The notes beneath the pieces were generated by a model. That model worked only from the letters and a program-made list of their open reading frames with translations, did no database searches and had not been told where the DNA came from. Both the position numbers and the translations under genes were made by a program. From Isosphaera sp. (lineage in GTDB: Bacteria; Planctomycetota; Phycisphaerae; Phycisphaerales; UBA1924), in assembly GCA_013822085.1 (NCBI GenBank), contig PNJV01000001.1:27658-91657 (forward strand): a stretch of DNA of 64,000 bases, in the 5' to 3' direction. Below, in pieces: positions 55,518 through 63,949 of the stretch (positions are counted from its first letter, which is position 1; the number at the start of each line of letters is the position of its first letter).

Positions 55518-56948
55518 ATGCTCGCGGCGACCGGCCTGTCGCGCAACGGGTCGCACGAGGCCGCCGTCGCCGAGGCCTGCGATCGCTGCCTGAGCGAGCT
55601 GCGCCGCGCCGCCGAGCGCGTCCGCGGCGCCGGCGCGCCGTCGATCGACGCGGCGGTGATCCTGGTCAGCGGCGGGCTGATCCCGCTGGCGGGCGACGTG
55701 GCCGCGCGGGCCCACGCGGCGCTCCAGCCGCGCTCGATGATCGGGCTGAGCACCGCCCGGCTCGGGCACGGCTGGGACGAGCTGGTCAACGCCCCGGCCG
55801 TCTGCGTGCTGGCCCTGAGCGCCCCGGGCGTCTCGGTCACCACTTTCGGCGCCGGGGACCTGTTCGAGCAAGGCCCCGGCGACGCCGAGCGTCCGAGCGA
55901 CGCCCGCGCCGGGCTGGGCACCAGCCTGGCCGACGCCATGGGCCTGGGCCCGGCCCAGCGGCTCACGCTGGTCCTGGCCTCCCACGACACCGACGAGCGC
56001 GCTCTGGCCGCCAGGCTGTCCCTGGCCGCGCACCAGGCCGCCCGGCTCGGCCCCGGCGGCGGGCCGATCATCGCCGCCAGCGCGCCGAGCCTCAGCGACG
56101 AGCGCACCGGCGTCATCGTCGGCCCGCGGCTGCTCCGGCGCGGCGTGGCCGGCCTGACCCTCAGCGGGCCGATCCGCGCCGACGCGCTGATCGCGCAGGG
56201 CTGCCGGCCCATCGGCAGGGTCGGCGTCGTCACGTCGGCCAAGGGCGAGGCCGTGCTGGGCATCAGCGGCGAGCCCGCGCTGGACGTGCTCCACCAGGCC
56301 GTGGCCCAGCTGGCCGGCCACGAGCGCCGCCTGCTCGCCTCCGGCGTGCTCCTGGGCGTGGTGGCCGACGAGTACCGCGAGCGCTTCGGCCCGGGCGATT
56401 ATCACCTCTCGGCGCTCCTGGGCGTGGACCCGGCCTCGGGCGCGCTCCTGGTGGACCCCCCGCCGCGCGTCGGCCAGACCGTCAGGCTCCACGTCCCCGA
56501 CGGCCTGGCCGCCGAGCGAGACCTGCAACTGCTCATGGACGGCCAGGCCCTCCACGGCGAGCCGGCCGCGGCCTTGCTCCTCTCCGGCGGCCTGCGCGGG
56601 CCCGAGCTCTTCGGCAGGCCCGGCGTGGACAACGGCGCCGTGCTCAGGGCCTTTAGCGGCGGGACCCCGGGCGAGTCGCTGGCGCGCGGCGGCACCCACA
56701 TCGCCCCGCGCGAGGGCTTCCCGCTCGTGGGCGCCGGCGTTGGCGGCCTGATCGCGGCCCCGGGCGGCGCCGACCACACCACCGCCCAGGCCAGGGTGCA
56801 CAACACTCTGCCGCGGTGCTCCTCCTCCGCCGCGGCTAAACGGGCACGCGCCCTTAGCGCGTCTGCCCCCGGCCGTGCACCACGAACCGGCTCACCGTCA
56901 GCTCCTCAAGGCCCATCGGCCCGTAGGCGTGCAGCCGCGAGGTGCTGA
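55518..56948 (+). CDS. FIST (N plus C) domain sensory protein
   Basis: Pattern of FIST_N/FIST_C proteins from memory, ending in a GEI..P....HN.T-like block (GGLIAAPGGADHTTAQARVHNTL). Start ATG 55518 is uncertain (GTG 55482 is possible). The 3' end is suspicious (see findings). Confidence 0.55.
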   Translation: MLAATGLSRNGSHEAAVAEACDRCLSELRRAAERVRGAGAPSIDAAVILVSGGLIPLAGDVAARAHAALQPRSMIGLSTARLGHGWDELVNAPAVCVLALSAPGVSVTTFGAGDLFEQGPGDAERPSDARAGLGTSLADAMGLGPAQRLTLVLASHDTDERALAARLSLAAHQAARLGPGGGPIIAASAPSLSDERTGVIVGPRLLRRGVAGLTLSGPIRADALIAQGCRPIGRVGVVTSAKGEAVLGISGEPALDVLHQAVAQLAGHERRLLASGVLLGVVADEYRERFGPGDYHLSALLGVDPASGALLVDPPPRVGQTVRLHVPDGLAAERDLQLLMDGQALHGEPAAALLLSGGLRGPELFGRPGVDNGAVLRAFSGGTPGESLARGGTHIAPREGFPLVGAGVGGLIAAPGGADHTTAQARVHNTLPRCSSSAAAKRARALSASAPGRAPRTGSPSAPQGPSARRRAAARC

Positions 56949-58116
56949 TCCCGATCTCGGCCCCGAGCCCCAGCTGGAACCCGTCGTTGAAGCGCGTCGA
57001 CGCGTTGACCAGCACGCACGAGGACCGCACCAGGCTCGTGAAACGCTCGGCCGCGGCCGCGTCGCGCGTGAGTATCGCGTCGGTGTGCCCAGACCCATGG
57101 GTGTGTATGTGCCCCACGGCCGCGTCGAGATCGTCCACCACCGCCACGGCGAGGATCAGGTCCAGGAACTCTCGGCCGAAGTCCTCGGGGGACGCGGCGA
57201 CCGCCCCTGCGCACAGCGGCAGGGCCGCGGCGTCGGCGCGCAGCTGCACCCCGGCCGCCCGGCAGCCCTCGGCCAGCGCCGGCAGGAACCGCTCGGCCGC
57301 GGCGCGGTGCACCAGCACGCACTCGACGGCGTTGCACGCCGAGGGCGCCGAGGCCTTGGCCGTGAGGCAGATCGGCACCGCGGCGTCCAGGTCGGCGCGC
57401 TGGTCCACATAGATATGGCACACGCCGTGGGCGTGCGCCAGCGTGGGGATCCGCGTGTGCTCGGTGATGAAGCGGATCATCTCGTGCCCGCCGCGCGGGA
57501 TCACCAGGTCGATGCTCTCCGACCGCCCGAGCAGCGTCATCAGGTCCTGGCGCGACAGGGCGGGCAGGATCACCGCCGCGTGCGCCGGGCAGCCGTGCGC
57601 GTCCAGGGCCCGCCGCACCAGCCCACCCAGGAGCGCGTTGGCCCGCGCCGCCTCCTTGCCGCCCTTGAGGACGCAGGCGTTGCCCGCCTTGAAGCACAGC
57701 GCAAAGGCGTCGACCGTCACGCCGGGCCGGGCCTCGTAGATCATGCACACCACGCCGATGGGCGTCCGCTCGCGCCGCACCTCAAGGCCCGACGGCACCC
57801 GCGCGCTGCTGACCACCGCGCCCACGGGGTCGGGCAGGCTCGCCACCTGCCTGACGCCCTCGGCCATCTGGCTCACCGCCGCAACCGAGAGCGCCAGCCG
57901 ACGCACCTTGGCCTCCGGGTACCCGTCCGACCGGGCCGCGGCGACGTCGGCCTCCGTGGCCGCGACGATCGCGTCGCGCTCGGACTCGATCAGGCCCGCC
58001 AGCGTCCCCAGGACGGCGTTCTTGACGCCCGTGGGCAGCGCCGCGACCTGCCGCGCCGCGAGGCGCGCCTGCTGCGCGGCGACCACCACGCCCTCGGCAT
58101 GCACCAGCCCTGTCAT
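56854..58116 (-). CDS. proA: gamma-glutamyl phosphate reductase
   Basis: IGVVCMIYEARPGVTVDAFALCFKAGNACVLKGGKEA, catalytic Cys block SAPSACNAVECVLVH, C-terminal FVVHGRGQTR. Confidence 0.9.
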   Translation of the reverse strand: MTGLVHAEGVVVAAQQARLAARQVAALPTGVKNAVLGTLAGLIESERDAIVAATEADVAAARSDGYPEAKVRRLALSVAAVSQMAEGVRQVASLPDPVGAVVSSARVPSGLEVRRERTPIGVVCMIYEARPGVTVDAFALCFKAGNACVLKGGKEAARANALLGGLVRRALDAHGCPAHAAVILPALSRQDLMTLLGRSESIDLVIPRGGHEMIRFITEHTRIPTLAHAHGVCHIYVDQRADLDAAVPICLTAKASAPSACNAVECVLVHRAAAERFLPALAEGCRAAGVQLRADAAALPLCAGAVAASPEDFGREFLDLILAVAVVDDLDAAVGHIHTHGSGHTDAILTRDAAAAERFTSLVRSSCVLVNASTRFNDGFQLGLGAEIGISTSRLHAYGPMGLEELTVSRFVVHGRGQTR

Positions 58117-58128
58117 GGTGGACTGTAT

Positions 58129-59256
58129 CTACGACCCGCGCGCGGCCGCCTGGAGCGCCATGTCGTCGCGGTGGATCGCCTCGTCGCAGTAGGCCGCGTG
58201 GCCCAGCGCGCCGGGCAGCTGGGCGGCGCGCAGCCCCTTGATCCGCCGCAGCTCGTCGGCCGAGTAGGCGCTCACGCCGCGTGCAACAGCCGCCCCCGCG
58301 GCGTCGGCCACCTGCACCACCGCCCCGCGCGCAAAGTCCCCCGACACGCCCACCACGCCGGCGGGCAGCAGGCTGGCCCCGCGCTCGGTGATCGCGCGCC
58401 GGGCCCCGTCGTCGATGGTCACCACGCCGCGGGCGCGGGCCGAGGCCATCAGCCACCGCTCGCGGGCCCGCCTCGGCCTGGCCGCCGGCTCCACGCGCGT
58501 GCCGACCGGCTCGCCGCGCAGCACCGCGGGGATCACGCCCGCGCGCGTCCCGCGCGCGATCACCGTGGCGATCCCCCAGGCGCTGGCGATCGAGGCCGCC
58601 TCCAGCTTGGTGCCCATCCCCCCAACGCCGGTCGCGGTCTTGTCGGGCCGAACGTGGGCCGCGGCCTCCCGGGCCGACCCCAGACGCGCGATCACCCGCC
58701 GCGCATCGCCGTGCTCGTACACCCCGTCCACCGACGAGAGCACCAGCAGCAGCTGCGCCGACACCAGCCCGGCCACCAGCGCCGAGAGCCGGTCGTTGTC
58801 GCCCAGCTTGATCTCGTCGAACGAGACCGAGTCGTTCTCGTTGACCACGGGGACCAGGCCGGCGCCGAGCAGCTCGCCCAGCGTCCGCCGCGCGTTGAGG
58901 AACCGCGCCCGCGCGTCCAGGTCGTCCGCTGTGAGCAGCACCTGCGCAGCGGCGCACCGGTGCGCCCCCAGCGCCGCGCTCCACAGGCCCATCAGCGCCG
59001 GCTGACCGATCGCCGCCGCCGCCTGCTTGCGCGCGATCGTCTTGGGGGGCCGGTCGAGCCCCAGCGCCCGGAACCCGCACGCCACCGCGCCCGACGACAC
59101 CAGCACCACGCCCCACCCCATCCCACGCGCAGCAGCCACGCCCTCAGCGAGCCGGGCAAACGCCGCGGCGTCGGCGGCCCCCTCGGGCGCCAGCACCGCC
59201 GAGCCGATCTTGATCACAGCCAGGCCGTGCCACCGGAATGCGTGCGTGCGGCCCAT
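58129..59256 (-). CDS. proB: glutamate 5-kinase with PUA domain
   Basis: ATG at 59256 (MGRTHAFRWHGLAVIKIGSAVL). VLVSSGAVA, VNENDSVSFDEIKLGDNDRLSALVA, C-terminal PUA-like ...LLPAGVVGVSGDFARG. Confidence 0.9.
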   Translation of the reverse strand: MGRTHAFRWHGLAVIKIGSAVLAPEGAADAAAFARLAEGVAAARGMGWGVVLVSSGAVACGFRALGLDRPPKTIARKQAAAAIGQPALMGLWSAALGAHRCAAAQVLLTADDLDARARFLNARRTLGELLGAGLVPVVNENDSVSFDEIKLGDNDRLSALVAGLVSAQLLLVLSSVDGVYEHGDARRVIARLGSAREAAAHVRPDKTATGVGGMGTKLEAASIASAWGIATVIARGTRAGVIPAVLRGEPVGTRVEPAARPRRARERWLMASARARGVVTIDDGARRAITERGASLLPAGVVGVSGDFARGAVVQVADAAGAAVARGVSAYSADELRRIKGLRAAQLPGALGHAAYCDEAIHRDDMALQAAARGS

Positions 59257-59296
59257 CGGTCCCCGCTTGGACGAAACGCCGCTGCGCGTGGCGCTG

Positions 59297-59331
59297 TGCC
59301 CCCAACCCCCCGCCCCTTGCCCCCAACCCCC
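59297..59331. repeat. 14-nt direct repeat, period 21 (tgcccccaaccccc ... tgcccccaaccccc) in a C-run tract
   Basis: Copies at 59297-59310 and 59318-59331, between the proB start and tRNA-Gly. Confidence 0.85.
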
Positions 59332-59382
59332 GGCGCCCAGCCTCCCATCTCCGCAGCGGCTTGCGCGCACCGACCTGATAAA

Positions 59383-59454
59383 AGCGGGCGAAGGGACTTG
59401 AACCCTCGACCCTCACGTTGGCAACGTGATGCTCTACCACTGAGCTACGCCCGC
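59383..59454 (-). tRNA. tRNA-Gly (anticodon GCC)
   Basis: Minus strand reads GCGGGCG-TA-GCTC-AGTGGTA-GAGC-A-TCACG-TTGCCAA-CGTGA-GGGTC-GAGGG-TTCAAGT-CCCTT-CGCCCGC-T. CCA is not encoded, and a T-run follows the 3' end. Confidence 0.9.
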
Positions 59455-59511
59455 GGTGGTACCGAGTTTTGGCTCGCCGGTGCCTCATCGGCCATCGGCG
59501 GGCGGGTCATG

Positions 59512-59540
59512 AAGATAGACGGCCCCGCGTCGGGGGTCAA
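59512..59540 (-). promoter_or_regulatory. possible sigma-70-type promoter for tRNA-Gly
   Basis: Minus strand reads TTGACC (59540-59535)-N17-TATCTT (59517-59512), about 55 nt upstream of the tRNA 5' end. The -35 overlaps the dsbD stop codon. Confidence 0.35.
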
Positions 59541-61747
59541 TCAGCCGTGCCCTCGGCCCCGCTGCTGCGAGCCTCCTGGCGCGCACGCACCTGCAAGACG
59601 GCCTCCGAGAGCGCCGCGACCGTGAAGAACGACTGGAAGTACACCGGCTTCTCCTGACCGGGGCCGAACACCGCGATCAGCGGGATCCCGCCGGCGATCG
59701 AGACCTCCTTGACCAACCCCCACCCCTTCTGGTCCGGCGGGGCGCTGGTCAGGTCCACCTTGAACGGCACGACGCCCTGGCCGCGGAGGACCTTGACGCC
59801 GCCTTCCGACAGCAGCACCTGCTTCTCGATCACGTGGCAGTTGGTGCACCACTTGGCGGTGAAGTCCACCACGACCGTGTTGCCCTTGGTCAGCTCGTCC
59901 TTGATCGCTGCGCGGATCTCCTCGTCGGGCACGCCCTCGAAGCGTCGCCAGTCGATCGGGCCCTCGTCGACGAGCCCGGCGGTGGTCAGGGCGATCAGGG
60001 GCAGCGCCGCCAGCCCGCCGGCGGTGGCCAGGACCTTTGAGACGGCCTTGCGCAGCTGCACCCACGCCCCGACGATCGCCCACAGCGCCGCCACCGCGCA
60101 GACCGCCCCGACGACGTACCACGGCCACTTCTCGGTGGTGATGTTCCCGGCCAGGAAGGCGGCCACCGCCAGCATCAGGACGCCCACGACCTGCTTGAGC
60201 AGCACGCCGCCCGGGCCGCCGCGCGGGAGCTTGGAGATCAGGCCGGGGAAGGCGATGAGCAGCGCGTACGGCGCCGCCATGCCTACGCCCATGACCACGA
60301 ACGTGAACAGGCCCATCGCCGGCGCCTGCGTGGCCGCCCAGGCCAGGGCCCCGCCCAGCAGCGGCCCCGTGCACGGCACCGCCAGGATCCCCGTCAGCGC
60401 GCCGAGCATGAAGTTGCCCTGCGGCGTGTCCCCGGCCGGGTTGATCATGTACACGGCGTTGGGCAGCTTGATCTCGAAGAGCCCCACCATCCCCAGCCCC
60501 AGCACGCCGATGATCCCGGCCATCGCCAGCGAGAAGTACGCGCTGGTGAAGATCTGCCCCCAGTCGAACTTCTGCCCCCCGGTGACCAGCCCGAACGCAA
60601 ACAGCCCCAGGACCAGGTACGTAAAGACGATCCCCACGCAGTACACGCTGCCGAAGAGCGCCAGCTTGCCGGGGCTCTTGGCGTGCTGCTGGAGCGAGAG
60701 GATCTTGATCGGGATCACCGGCAGCACGCACGGCGTGAAGTTCATGATGATCCCGGCCACGAACGCCAGCACCAGGATCACCGGCGTCGAGGCGATCTTG
60801 AACGTGACGCCGAAGAAGTTAAAGACCGTGCCAGCGCCCGCCGCGGCGCCCGCCGACGAGCCGCCCTCCTGGAGCCGCCCAAAGACCGTCGCGTCGAACC
60901 CCGCAAAGAGCCCCGCCACCGACGCCGGGTGCTCGGGCACGACCCCCTGGCCGGGGCCCGACACCGCGATCACCGCCGACAGGTCCACGTCCTGGGGCGC
61001 GTAGCAGTTGCGCTCGTCGCAGATCTGGATCGAGAGCCGCAGCGGCAGCGTGTACCGGCCGGGCGCAGCGCCCGCGGACACGATCACCGGCAGGTACACG
61101 ATCGAGCGACCCTCGTACGAGAGCAGCTCCGTCGGGCCCGCGCGGGGGTCGTAGCTCGCGCTCACCTTGACCGGCTCGGGCCACTGGGCCGAGGCAGGGA
61201 ACGCGCTCAGCTCCTTGGGCACCCCGTCCAGGAGCGACAGCTCGGTCGGGATCGGGAACAGGCCCTCCAGCTCGGGCGGGATCACGGGAACGTTGGGCCA
61301 CGCGTGGCGGTGCTCGGGGAAGTCCAGCACCACCGCGACAGCAAGCTGATCGCCCGGGCGTGCCGCGGCGCTCTGCGGCAGCACCGTGACGCGCAGCTGA
61401 TCGTGCTCGGTGGTGGTCCCGGCGCCGATCGGGGCCTGGTTGTAGACCAGCGGCTCGGGCTGGGCCCGGCCATCGGCCCATGCGACCTCGTCCCGGTACG
61501 AGAGCAGCGACACGCCCGCGCTGGACCGCTCCGGCACCGCCAGCGAGAGCGCCCAGGCGCACGCCACCATCAGGGCCGTGGCCATCGCGCCCAGCGCGAT
61601 GCCGGTGATCGGCTCGCGCAACCCCCGGGTGCGCTCCGTGCTGCCTGTGTCCTGCGTCTGCGGCTGGTTCGGTGGGTTCATATGTGCCTGCGTGGTGTCC
61701 ATCGTGCCGAGGTCTTGTCTTTGAAAGAGCATCTTTGACGCGCTCAT
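59537..61747 (-). CDS. dsbD: thiol:disulfide interchange protein DsbD-like (N-terminal domain, CcdA-type membrane core, C-terminal thioredoxin)
   Basis: ICDERNCYAP in the N-domain, membrane-core Cys motifs FTPCVLPVIPIK and AVPCTGPLL, thioredoxin WCTNCH. Start is uncertain (ATG 61747, 61702 or 61681). Confidence 0.8.
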   Translation of the reverse strand: MSASKMLFQRQDLGTMDTTQAHMNPPNQPQTQDTGSTERTRGLREPITGIALGAMATALMVACAWALSLAVPERSSAGVSLLSYRDEVAWADGRAQPEPLVYNQAPIGAGTTTEHDQLRVTVLPQSAAARPGDQLAVAVVLDFPEHRHAWPNVPVIPPELEGLFPIPTELSLLDGVPKELSAFPASAQWPEPVKVSASYDPRAGPTELLSYEGRSIVYLPVIVSAGAAPGRYTLPLRLSIQICDERNCYAPQDVDLSAVIAVSGPGQGVVPEHPASVAGLFAGFDATVFGRLQEGGSSAGAAAGAGTVFNFFGVTFKIASTPVILVLAFVAGIIMNFTPCVLPVIPIKILSLQQHAKSPGKLALFGSVYCVGIVFTYLVLGLFAFGLVTGGQKFDWGQIFTSAYFSLAMAGIIGVLGLGMVGLFEIKLPNAVYMINPAGDTPQGNFMLGALTGILAVPCTGPLLGGALAWAATQAPAMGLFTFVVMGVGMAAPYALLIAFPGLISKLPRGGPGGVLLKQVVGVLMLAVAAFLAGNITTEKWPWYVVGAVCAVAALWAIVGAWVQLRKAVSKVLATAGGLAALPLIALTTAGLVDEGPIDWRRFEGVPDEEIRAAIKDELTKGNTVVVDFTAKWCTNCHVIEKQVLLSEGGVKVLRGQGVVPFKVDLTSAPPDQKGWGLVKEVSIAGGIPLIAVFGPGQEKPVYFQSFFTVAALSEAVLQVRARQEARSSGAEGTAD

Positions 61748-61881
61748 GCCCGGGGGTCGCGCTGTGTTGGGGCCTGCTCGGATGAACGCTTGGTAAAGAG
61801 ACGATCCGGGGTGCTCGCGGGTTTGCGCAACTGGCCGTCCGATCGATCGGAGCGGGCCCCGGGGTCCACTTTGGGCGTTCC

Positions 61882-61896
61882 TGGCACGATTCAAGC
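61882..61896 (+). promoter_or_regulatory. candidate sigma-54 (-24/-12) promoter upstream of fliM
   Basis: TGGCACGATTCAAGC: a perfect -24 element TGGCACG and GC at the exact -12 spacing, but AAGC instead of TTGC. It ends 168 nt before the fliM ATG. Confidence 0.35.
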
Positions 61897-62063
61897 CCCC
61901 AACCAAAGCCAACCGATTGACCATGGCGTCGCTCGAATGAGGACGCGGCCGGAGCCCGGCCTCATACGAGCAACCATGATATTCCCGCGGATCGGGGCGC
62001 GTGGCCCCCGCCGCGACGCCCGCAGCAACCTAGACAGACCGCAGCGAACCGACGAGCCCCACA

Positions 62064-63080
62064 ATGCCCGACATCCTTGACCAGAGTGAGATCGATGCGC
62101 TGCTCTCAGCGATCGACATCGGCGAGGTCAAGCACGAGGACGCGCGCACCGAGATCTTCGGCCGACGCAAGGGCGCCCACACCGACGTCGAGGTCCGGCC
62201 CTACGACTTCAAGCGCCCCGAGCGCGTGAGCAAGGACCAGATGCGGGCGCTCCAGACGCTCCACGAGGCCTTTGCGCGGAACTTCGGCGCCTCGCTCTCG
62301 GGGTACCTGCGCACCATCGTGGAGATCAAGGTCGCCACCTGCGAGCAGATGACCTACGGCGAGTTCATCTCGGGCCTGCCCAACCCGACCTCGTTCAACC
62401 TCGTCAACGCCCCGCCGCTGGAGGGGCAGCTGTGCCTTGAGCTCTCGCCGCTGATCATCTACCCGATCATCGACCGGCTCCTGGGCGGGAACAGCCAGGA
62501 CCTGTTCATCCCCCAGCGGGCCATGACGCTGATCGAGTCCCGGCTTGTCTCCAAGGTGACCTCGCGCGGGCTCACGGCCCTGACGGAGGCCTGGTCGGCG
62601 GTCCGGCAGATCGCCTTCGAGATCACCGCCTCCGAGAGCAACCCGCAGCTGGTGCAGATCGTGCCACCCAACGAGGTGGTGGTGGTCATCGGCTTCGAGC
62701 TCAAGATGGGCAACCGCGCCGGGACCATGAACCTGTGCATCCCGTACAACGTGATCGACCCGCTGATGGAGGAGCTGGCGGCCCAGTCCTGGCTCTCCTC
62801 GTCGCGGATCGGCAAGGTCCCCAAGCCGCAGGAGCGGGTGGTCAAGAACCTGGCCCGGGCCGGCATGAGCGTGACGGGCCTGCTGGCCGAGTCGACCATC
62901 ACGCTGGCCGACCTGCGTTCGCTGGCCCCGGGCGACCTGATCACCACCGAGACGCCCGTGAGCCGCCCCGTGGTGCTGTGCGTCGAGGGCCAGAAGAAAT
63001 TCCTCAGCCACATCGGCCAGATCAAGGGCCAGCGGGCCCTGCGGGTCATGCGGGCCGTCCGGCCGGCCGACCGCGTCTGA
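62064..63080 (+). CDS. fliM: flagellar motor switch protein FliM
   Basis: N-terminal CheY-P-binding-type peptide MPDILDQSEIDALLSA, middle-domain pattern (LQTLHEAFARNFGASLSGYLR) and a C-terminal FliN-like SpoA part. Confidence 0.85.
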   Translation: MPDILDQSEIDALLSAIDIGEVKHEDARTEIFGRRKGAHTDVEVRPYDFKRPERVSKDQMRALQTLHEAFARNFGASLSGYLRTIVEIKVATCEQMTYGEFISGLPNPTSFNLVNAPPLEGQLCLELSPLIIYPIIDRLLGGNSQDLFIPQRAMTLIESRLVSKVTSRGLTALTEAWSAVRQIAFEITASESNPQLVQIVPPNEVVVVIGFELKMGNRAGTMNLCIPYNVIDPLMEELAAQSWLSSSRIGKVPKPQERVVKNLARAGMSVTGLLAESTITLADLRSLAPGDLITTETPVSRPVVLCVEGQKKFLSHIGQIKGQRALRVMRAVRPADRV

Positions 63081-63081
63081 T

Positions 63082-63465
63082 TCAGGCCCCCGTCGCCCGC
63101 CCAAGCCCCCCGCCGCGGCTGAGCCGGGCCACGGCCTGATCGACGGTCGCTGCGAGCTCGAACTTCTCGTCCAGCTTGAGCTGCCGGAAGAACCGCTCGA
63201 TCCCCGCGCTGGCCGCTGCCAGGACCATCCCTACTCCGCGCACCCGGCACTCCTCCAGGACCTGGAGGAGGCAGGTGATGCCCATCGAATTGATCAGCAC
63301 CACCGCCGAAAGATCGGCGACCAGCCCCGCCCCCGGCACGCGCGGCAAGCGCCCAGCGACCTCGTCCAGGACCGGGCCCGTGGCGGTGACGTCCAGGGCC
63401 GCCGGCAGGTGCAGGACAAGGACCGAATCGTCCGGGCCGGCGCGATGAGAGCCAACGACGCTCAT
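63082..63465 (-). CDS. STAS domain protein (anti-sigma factor antagonist, SpoIIAA-like)
   Basis: VLVLHLPAALDVTATGPVLDE...VADLSAVVLINSMGITCLLQVLEE, with the conserved Ser in INSMG. Start is uncertain (63465, 63480 or 63504). Its stop lies 1 nt from the fliM stop. Confidence 0.7.
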   Translation of the reverse strand: MSVVGSHRAGPDDSVLVLHLPAALDVTATGPVLDEVAGRLPRVPGAGLVADLSAVVLINSMGITCLLQVLEECRVRGVGMVLAAASAGIERFFRQLKLDEKFELAATVDQAVARLSRGGGLGRATGA

Positions 63466-63521
63466 GGTCGGGTCGAGCATAGTGCCGGCCGGTCGCGCAC
63501 GCATTGGGCGCCCGGGCGACG

Positions 63522-63550
63522 TTGCTCAGGGCGGCGGTTTGGCATAAACT
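63522..63550 (+). promoter_or_regulatory. possible sigma-70-type promoter of the nusA leader
   Basis: TTGCTC (63522-63527)-N17-TAAACT (63545-63550) on the plus strand, about 400 nt upstream of the nusA ATG. Confidence 0.25.
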
Positions 63551-63807
63551 CTTCCCGGACAACCCGTGCAGTTTCCGTGGCCCTGGACCAGACCCATGCG
63601 CAACGACCCGCACCATGAAGCTTGATTCCCGCCGAGCACCGGCGCGCGATCTGCCCCCATGGGCGGCGCGGCGAGCCACCCCCCGGGGTGGCCCCGCGGC
63701 GTGGAGGATCACCGTGACGTGACCCGTCCAGTCAGCCGGCCGATCGGCGCAGCGCCCGGTGTGAGCACACCGCGCCACGCCGAGCGCCCGCCACCCTCGC
63801 CTCCTGG

Positions 63808-63848
63808 GGCCACGGACCGCGCGATCGTCCGTGGCCTTGTTGTTTTCT
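63808..63848 (+). terminator. intrinsic (Rho-independent) terminator-like element in the nusA leader
   Basis: Perfect 10-bp stem ggccacggac/gtccgtggcc (8 GC pairs) with a 9-nt loop, followed immediately by ttgttgttttct. Confidence 0.55.
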
Positions 63849-63870
63849 GACCGCGTTGTTTTCTGACCGC
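63839..63870 (+). repeat. perfect 16-bp tandem duplication (gttgttttctgaccgc x2)
   Basis: Copies at 63839-63854 and 63855-63870. Copy 1 is the T-tract of the terminator-like hairpin. A C-run tract follows (63871-63905). Confidence 0.9.
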
Positions 63871-63949
63871 CCCACCCCCGACTCCCCCCACGCTCCCGAC
63901 CCCGCCGGCACATCCCGAACAACCCGAGAGCACGACCAGGATCAACGAC

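Noticed and set aside
54520-59454. tRNA-Ala and tRNA-Gly as integration sites of a genomic island.
   Set aside because: No integrase, no direct repeat of a tRNA 3' end, and the genes between and around them (FIST, proBA, dsbD) have the same composition as the rest of the window.
63504-63850. Small ORFs (63409..63618, 63504..63722, 63659..63850 and minus 63709..63975) as a candidate rimP or other gene upstream of nusA.
   Set aside because: None resembles RimP, and they show shadow-ORF composition and mutual overlap. I treat the region as non-coding leader.
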